A stretch of 25,881 nt of DNA from Verrucomicrobiota bacterium (lineage in GTDB: Bacteria > Verrucomicrobiota > Verrucomicrobiia > Verrucomicrobiales > DEV007): NCBI GenBank assembly GCA_045046875.1, contig JASFYY010000003.1, positions 1-25,881 on the forward strand, read 5' to 3'. This document shows, piece by piece, positions 20,502 to 25,881 of this stretch. Position 1 is the first letter of the stretch. Each line of letters begins with the position of its first letter. The notes under the pieces are model-generated. The model worked only from the letters and a program-made list of their open reading frames with translations, did no database searches and had not been told where the DNA came from. The position numbers and the translations under genes were made by a program.

Positions 20502-21593
20502 TCACTCTAGCTCATTATTTACCAACTCAGTAAACTCCATTGCTGGATAATCGGTATAGCCCTCCGAACCTTCGCCATAATAGGTCCCAGGCCGGGCTTC
20601 GTTCAAATCCGCTGCCGCTGCAAAACGCTCGGGCAGGTCAGGATTCGCAATGAATTGTTGTCCCCAAGCAATCGCGTCGGCGTCTCCTGCTTCGATCAGT
20701 CTCTCACCGTCCTCCTGGCTTAGTCCCTGATTAGCAATAAAAGCACCTCCAAACACCTCCTTCATCATCGGTCCCAACCGAGGTTCCGCCAAGCCTTCTC
20801 TGACGAAAAGAAATGCGATTTTACGTCGCCCACACTCGTGCGCCACATATCCGAAGGTCACCGCTGGATCCGAGTCTGCCATATCATGCGCGTCACAGCG
20901 CGGGGCGAGATGCAAGCCCACACGATCCGCCCCCCATACACTGACAACGGCGTCGACCACCTCCAACATCAGCCGCGCACGGTTTTCCACAGTGCCACCG
21001 TAGTCGTCCGTTCGCAGATTGGTGCTATCCTGCAGGAACTGATCCAGTAGGTAACCATTAGCACCGTGGATTTCGACGCCGTCGAAACCCGCAAGTTTTG
21101 CGTTTTCCGATCCCTTGCGGAAGTCCTCGATCACCTCCGGAATCTGGTCAAGCTCCAGGGCCCGTGGTATTACAAATTCTTTTTCAGGTCGAACCAGACT
21201 GACGTGCCCTTGTGCTTGCACGGCACTGGGAGCGACAGGCAATCGCCCCTCGAGATAAAGTGGATCGGATATGCGACCGACATGCCACAGCTGCAAAAGG
21301 ATCCTCCCACCCGCCTGATGAACCGCATCGGTCACCAGCTTCCAGCCCTCCACTTGTTCCGCCGACCAGATGCCGGGAGTGTTCGGGTAACCGACGCCCA
21401 TCGGCGATACGGATGTCGCTTCGGAGACGATCAAACCTGCGGAAGCCCGCTGGGCATAATATTTTGCCATCAACGAATTGGCCACACGTCCCTTACTGGC
21501 CCGACAACGCGTCAACGGTGCCATGACCATTCGGTTCGGAAGTTTCCAGGCTCCGATGTCGATGGCCTGGTGAAGAGTGGATTTCGATTGCAT
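20502..21593 (-). CDS. nemA: FMN-dependent alkene reductase (Old Yellow Enzyme, NemA/XenB-like)
   Basis: Motifs NRMVMAPLTRCRA, YYAQRASAGLI, QLWHVGRISD, EIHGANGYLLDQFL, NPDLPERF and GYTDYP. Confidence 0.9.
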   Translation of the reverse strand: MQSKSTLHQAIDIGAWKLPNRMVMAPLTRCRASKGRVANSLMAKYYAQRASAGLIVSEATSVSPMGVGYPNTPGIWSAEQVEGWKLVTDAVHQAGGRILLQLWHVGRISDPLYLEGRLPVAPSAVQAQGHVSLVRPEKEFVIPRALELDQIPEVIEDFRKGSENAKLAGFDGVEIHGANGYLLDQFLQDSTNLRTDDYGGTVENRARLMLEVVDAVVSVWGADRVGLHLAPRCDAHDMADSDPAVTFGYVAHECGRRKIAFLFVREGLAEPRLGPMMKEVFGGAFIANQGLSQEDGERLIEAGDADAIAWGQQFIANPDLPERFAAAADLNEARPGTYYGEGSEGYTDYPAMEFTELVNNELE

Positions 21594-21626
21594 GATGTTC
21601 AGAAGGGTAATGGTTATTTTCTCAAG

Positions 21627-21652
21627 TCAGACCAGTAGACCTACTTGTCTGA
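21627..21652. promoter_or_regulatory. Operator-like palindrome upstream of the nemA-like gene
   Basis: tcagaccagtag-ac-ctacttgtctga (11/12 inverted-repeat match), 34-59 nt upstream of the ATG at 21593. Contains TAGACC-tact-TGTCTG, similar to the NemR box TAGACCnnnnGGTCTA. Confidence 0.6.
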
Positions 21653-21836
21653 AAATTCTTACAAAAACTTTTAAATTGATTGAATTTTCCCAACAAATCT
21701 TCGACAAAAGGCGATGTTTTAGGATTGGAGCCAGTCTTCGGCGATCGACTGAAAGCTACCCCTCTTCCTTCGCTAACTTCAGTGTGCCATCCGGGTGTGG
21801 GCGTAAAGGTCGCGGCAAAAATGAAATCTCAGCCGA

Positions 21837-24383
21837 TCAGCAGTTCAACTCCAAGATCGGTCCGATGGTGTTCCAGAGCAACACGACCTCGTCTTGCTCG
21901 TCGGAGGCGCGTAGATCAACTTCAAAACGGATCGACCAGTCGTTGAGCTCTTCCTGATCGACCAGAATCTGCTCCACCTTCCAGAGCAATGAGTCGTTGC
22001 CATCCTGAATCCGGCAGTGCTTTCTGTTTCGCGCCTCGGGGTCGAGGCGGATAAGTCTGTGATCTTCGAAATAGTCATTCATCAAGTTACCCAATCCTGC
22101 CGATGTCATGGCTTCATCTGACTGATCCGGAATGGAAAGCGCCTTTCCCCACTCACGATGCGACAACGCTTTCACCACATCAAACACCTTCGCTCTGAGC
22201 AATCGTTGAAACGCTTCACGGTTCCTCGTAATCGGATTTTTTTTCACAGGAACCTCTGCTTCCGCAATCTCCGGTACATAATCAGGATCTCGAAGCCTCT
22301 CCCACTCATCCAGAAGGCTGGAATCGATTCCACGAAGCATCGATTCAAAATAGGATTCCACCTCCAGCACTTCCTCAGTTTTTGCAGCGGGCGGAACCGT
22401 TTGCACGAGCACTTTAAACACTTCGGAGAGATGTCTGAGCAAAACCGCTTCGCTGCGTTCGAGACCATACACTTTGACGTAATCCTCGAACGACTGCCAG
22501 TTTTCAAACATCTCGCGGGCGATGCACTTTGGTCGCACTGAGACCTCTTTCGCCCAGGGATTAGTCAGGACAAACTCGTTGTAGGTTGCGTAGATGAACT
22601 CTTTTCCTGGCTTCGGCTGTTCAACCTCATCGAGTCGTTCCATACGCTCATCGTATTCGATACCTTCAGCTTTCATTTCAGCCATCAGCTCGCTCTTTAT
22701 TTTATCGACTTGTTTTCGAATCACCACGGTCGGATCCTCAAGAATGGCTTCCACGAGGGACAGAATCTGGAGCGAATATTGGGGGTCCTCCTGATCCAAC
22801 TTCGAAATGGCTTCGAGCAGATAAAGCCCTAAAGATTGGTTCAGCGAGAAGTCCTCCTGCAAATCAATATTCAGGGCTACCTTGTAAGCTCCACCACGCT
22901 CCGATTTTGCAATGATTTTTAGCACATTCCCCTCAACCAGTCCGCGAAAGAGCGAAAAAGCACGACGTTGGAGCGTCTTCTTTCCTGGGCCTGTTTCGTG
23001 AGAAGAACGAATGATTTGTCGAAGCGCGTCACAGCCGTCCTCGTGCGTTCGGCTGAGCACATTAAGGAGCATACTATGATTCACCGAGAAACTCGAATTC
23101 AGCTTTTCTGAAGCTGATTCACGCAGCCTGAGAAAGGTTCCTTCATCCCAGTTCACAAAACCCTTCTCCGGCGGCTTTTTTTTCATCGCCTTGCTCTTCT
23201 TGCCCTTGGCTTTTGCTTTTTGCTCAGCTTTGATATTGTCAATGACATGAGGAGGGGCTTGAGCCACCACGTAACCAACAGAGTCGAATCCACGTCGTCC
23301 GGCTCGTCCGCTGATTTGTTTGAAATCACGCACCGCAAGAGTCTTAGTTTGTTGCCCGCCATATTTGAACAGCTGGGTAAAAAGCACTGTGCGGATCGGA
23401 ACGTTGACCCCAACTCCAAGAGTGTCCGTGCCGCAGATCACCTTGAGCAAACCCTGCTGCGCCAATTTTTCGACCAAAACACGATATTTGGGCAGCAGGC
23501 CAGCGTGATGAATCCCAAGACCGTGACGAAGAAATTTTTTCATCTCCTTGCCGTAAGGACTGCGGAAGTCAGCATCAACCAAATGGGATGCAATTTTGTT
23601 CTTTTCCTCCTTCGAGCAAAAATTCCGACTCATCAAATTCTGCGCTGTTTTTGCACAGGAAAGCTGGGTGAAATGGACGAGGTAAATGGGAGCCCGATCC
23701 GCCTCAACGAGCTGCTCGATTTTCTCCTCCAGCATCGTCGTGCTGTATTCGTATTCGAGCGGGACGGGGCGGTCTTCCGATTTCACTAAAACGGTAGGAA
23801 GACCGTTGAGCGCCGTCAATCCGTCCTCGAATAATCCCGTATCGCCCAAGGTCGCTGACATGAGCAGAAACCGCGCTTGAGGAAGGGTCAACAGCGGCAC
23901 CTGCCAGGCAACGCCCCGTTCATGATCCGAATAATAATGAAACTCGTCCATGATCACCTCGTCGACCTTCGCCTGATCACCCTCGCGAAGTGCCAGGTTG
24001 GATAAAATTTCCGCGGTGCAGCAAATCACCGGAGCTTCCGCATTGACCGTGGCATCGCCGGTGATCATTCCAACATTCTCAGGCCCGAAGACCTGACAGA
24101 GCGACAAAAACTTCTCGTTCGCGAGCGCCTTCACCGGCACGGTGTAAAAGGAACGGCGTCCGAGACAAATCGATCGATACTGCAGCGCTTGAGCGACGAG
24201 CGATTTCCCCGAACCTGTCGGGGTATTGAGAATCACATTGTTGCCCGCAAAAAGTTCGAGGATCGCCTCTTCCTGATGATCATACGGTTCGATTCCATCC
24301 TCGACGAGACTGCCGAGAAAGGCATCGAGAATCTCATCGTTGGAGGGCGGTGGTGAATCTGGTTCGGGCAGCGGCAAAGACAT
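21837..24383 (-). CDS. Ski2-like (HelY-related) DExH-box RNA helicase with C-terminal DUF3516-type domain
   Basis: 848 aa. Motifs [54 protein letters not shown] and [10 protein letters not shown]. Confidence 0.9.
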   Translation of the reverse strand: MSLPLPEPDSPPPSNDEILDAFLGSLVEDGIEPYDHQEEAILELFAGNNVILNTPTGSGKSLVAQALQYRSICLGRRSFYTVPVKALANEKFLSLCQVFGPENVGMITGDATVNAEAPVICCTAEILSNLALREGDQAKVDEVIMDEFHYYSDHERGVAWQVPLLTLPQARFLLMSATLGDTGLFEDGLTALNGLPTVLVKSEDRPVPLEYEYSTTMLEEKIEQLVEADRAPIYLVHFTQLSCAKTAQNLMSRNFCSKEEKNKIASHLVDADFRSPYGKEMKKFLRHGLGIHHAGLLPKYRVLVEKLAQQGLLKVICGTDTLGVGVNVPIRTVLFTQLFKYGGQQTKTLAVRDFKQISGRAGRRGFDSVGYVVAQAPPHVIDNIKAEQKAKAKGKKSKAMKKKPPEKGFVNWDEGTFLRLRESASEKLNSSFSVNHSMLLNVLSRTHEDGCDALRQIIRSSHETGPGKKTLQRRAFSLFRGLVEGNVLKIIAKSERGGAYKVALNIDLQEDFSLNQSLGLYLLEAISKLDQEDPQYSLQILSLVEAILEDPTVVIRKQVDKIKSELMAEMKAEGIEYDERMERLDEVEQPKPGKEFIYATYNEFVLTNPWAKEVSVRPKCIAREMFENWQSFEDYVKVYGLERSEAVLLRHLSEVFKVLVQTVPPAAKTEEVLEVESYFESMLRGIDSSLLDEWERLRDPDYVPEIAEAEVPVKKNPITRNREAFQRLLRAKVFDVVKALSHREWGKALSIPDQSDEAMTSAGLGNLMNDYFEDHRLIRLDPEARNRKHCRIQDGNDSLLWKVEQILVDQEELNDWSIRFEVDLRASDEQDEVVLLWNTIGPILELNC

Positions 24384-24492
24384 TGCCCTACTTATAAGGC
24401 CAATCCGGCTCGATAGAAAGCGGCTAGCGGATCAGTTTTCTATGTGACCCAGTCTGTAAATTTTAAGCGTAGGGCTAGTCTTCAGAGATCCC

Positions 24493-25608
24493 TTAAATCA
24501 CCGCCCCTTTTGAATCGAGGCGATCGATCAAATGCTGATCTCGTGCGGTTACCAAATTCACGACGGTGCCCTTGCGCCCGGCACGAGCCGTTCGCCCGGC
24601 ACGATGCAGGTAATTTTCAACTTCTTTAGGCAGGTGATAATTGATCACGCGATCAATATTCTCCACATCCAGACCACGAGCAGCGAGGTCGGTTGAAATC
24701 AGCAGATCCATTTTGCCCTCGCGGAAGTCTTTAAGATTATTTCGCCGCTCCAGTTTATCCATGTCACCCCGGTAAACCGCACATTTGTAACCATTCTCAA
24801 CCAGTTGCTCGGCAAGTTTGTCACATTGCGCCCGTGTATTGGTGAACAGCAGCGACCCCCCCTCAACCGCTTGCGCGAGGATTTCTTCCAGCAGTGGGAA
24901 CCGTTTTCCGTTAGGCACTTTATAGTTCAGCGTGGCCAAAGTCGAAACCTGACGATGGTGCCCCGCGGTCTCGATCAGCTCCGCATGACTGAACATTTCC
25001 TGAATCAAATTCTGAATCCCAGCCGGCGCGGTGGCCGTAAACAAGGCCATTTGCCGGTCGCTGGAACTCGACTTCAGGATGCGTTTGATGACAGGCAGGA
25101 AACCCTCGTCGAGAATCTGATCAGCTTCGTCAAATACCAGGAAACGAAGATCGGAAAGGTTCACCAGCTCTTGCTGCATCAACTGTTCCAGACGGCCGGG
25201 GGTGGCCAGTAAAATTTCAAACGGACCCGCCACATTGCGGCGAGCGACTCCCATGGTGATTCCGCCGAGTGCCGAGCGAACTCTTAAACGAGTTTCATGG
25301 GTGAACACTTTCAAAACTTTGGTCACCTGCTCACCCAGATCACTGGAGGGAACCATGATAACAGCCCGGGGTTGCCCCGCCACGGAAACAGGATCTCCTG
25401 CTTCCTCCAGCTGCTTCATCTTATGCAAAACGGACAGAGCGTAAGCCAGCGTTTTGCCGCTCCCGGTTTCCGCGACTCCGACCACGGATTCCCCTCTCAA
25501 CAAAGCCGGCAAGGCACGCTGCTGAATTTCAGTAGGCGTGACAAAACCTTGTTTTTTCAAGGTGGATTGCAGTGATGGATTCAGTTTAAAATCTAGAAAA
25601 GACGACAT
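24493..25608 (-). CDS. Minimal DEAD-box RNA helicase
   Basis: 371 aa. Q motif GFVTPTEIQ, AETGSGKT, GG, TPGRL, DEAD, TDLAARGLD and YLHRAGRTAR. Confidence 0.92.
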   Translation of the reverse strand: MSSFLDFKLNPSLQSTLKKQGFVTPTEIQQRALPALLRGESVVGVAETGSGKTLAYALSVLHKMKQLEEAGDPVSVAGQPRAVIMVPSSDLGEQVTKVLKVFTHETRLRVRSALGGITMGVARRNVAGPFEILLATPGRLEQLMQQELVNLSDLRFLVFDEADQILDEGFLPVIKRILKSSSSDRQMALFTATAPAGIQNLIQEMFSHAELIETAGHHRQVSTLATLNYKVPNGKRFPLLEEILAQAVEGGSLLFTNTRAQCDKLAEQLVENGYKCAVYRGDMDKLERRNNLKDFREGKMDLLISTDLAARGLDVENIDRVINYHLPKEVENYLHRAGRTARAGRKGTVVNLVTARDQHLIDRLDSKGAVI

Positions 25609-25781
25609 GCCCCCACCCTACAGCGATTACGGGGAAAAACATCGGAATTAACGCATGCTTTTGTGAACCGGAGGATGAAAAAACCAGCCAATTTGAATCA
25701 GCACTTATAAGGGGTTTTAAATTCACACCCGCAACTCGGGTGCAGGACAAAATAGTTAAGCTGCTGACTGTTATGCGTTTC

Positions 25782-25858
25782 GCCCTTGCAGGGCTGGAAG
25801 AATTGGATTTTTTACCCAGCGCTTCGCACTGGGCTATATCATTGAGCACCGTTGGTGC
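25782..25858. repeat. REP-like cluster of short GC hairpins
   Basis: gccct-tgc-agggc (25782-25794), cccagcgc-ttc-gcactggg (25815-25833) and gcacc-gtt-ggtgc (25846-25858) in intergenic DNA. Confidence 0.5.
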
Positions 25859-25881
25859 AAAAGAGATGAAAGCAAACTGTC

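Overview
Bacterial genomic DNA, most likely from the PVC superphylum (Verrucomicrobia/Planctomycetes/Lentisphaerae-type gene families; inferred from gene content only). From left to right: (1) a tightly packed + strand cluster of four exported proteins (DUF1549/DUF1553 cytochrome-like protein, PPC-domain protein with a long Ala/Lys coiled-coil insert, cytochrome c-WD40 protein, Tat-type DUF3500 protein); (2) a Tat-type Gfo/Idh/MocA oxidoreductase and a RluA/TruC-family pseudouridine synthase on the - strand; (3) about 1.4 kb of decayed gene fragments, including a frameshifted secreted EF-hand gene and a diverged second copy of the DUF3500 3' end; (4) a - strand czcCBA-type heavy-metal RND efflux operon headed by a His-rich, Pro-tailed small exported ORF, with a strong sigma70-like promoter upstream of that ORF and hairpins between it and czcC; (5) a 5'-truncated ADP-ribosylglycohydrolase remnant; (6) tag, a nemA-like Old Yellow Enzyme gene with an operator-like palindrome, a Ski2-like DUF3516 helicase, a DEAD-box helicase, and REP-like hairpins at the right edge. 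The best candidate for an undescribed system is a His-based, metal-sensing ribosome-stalling or attenuation leader controlling the czc pump. Family assignments come from motif recognition, not from database searches.
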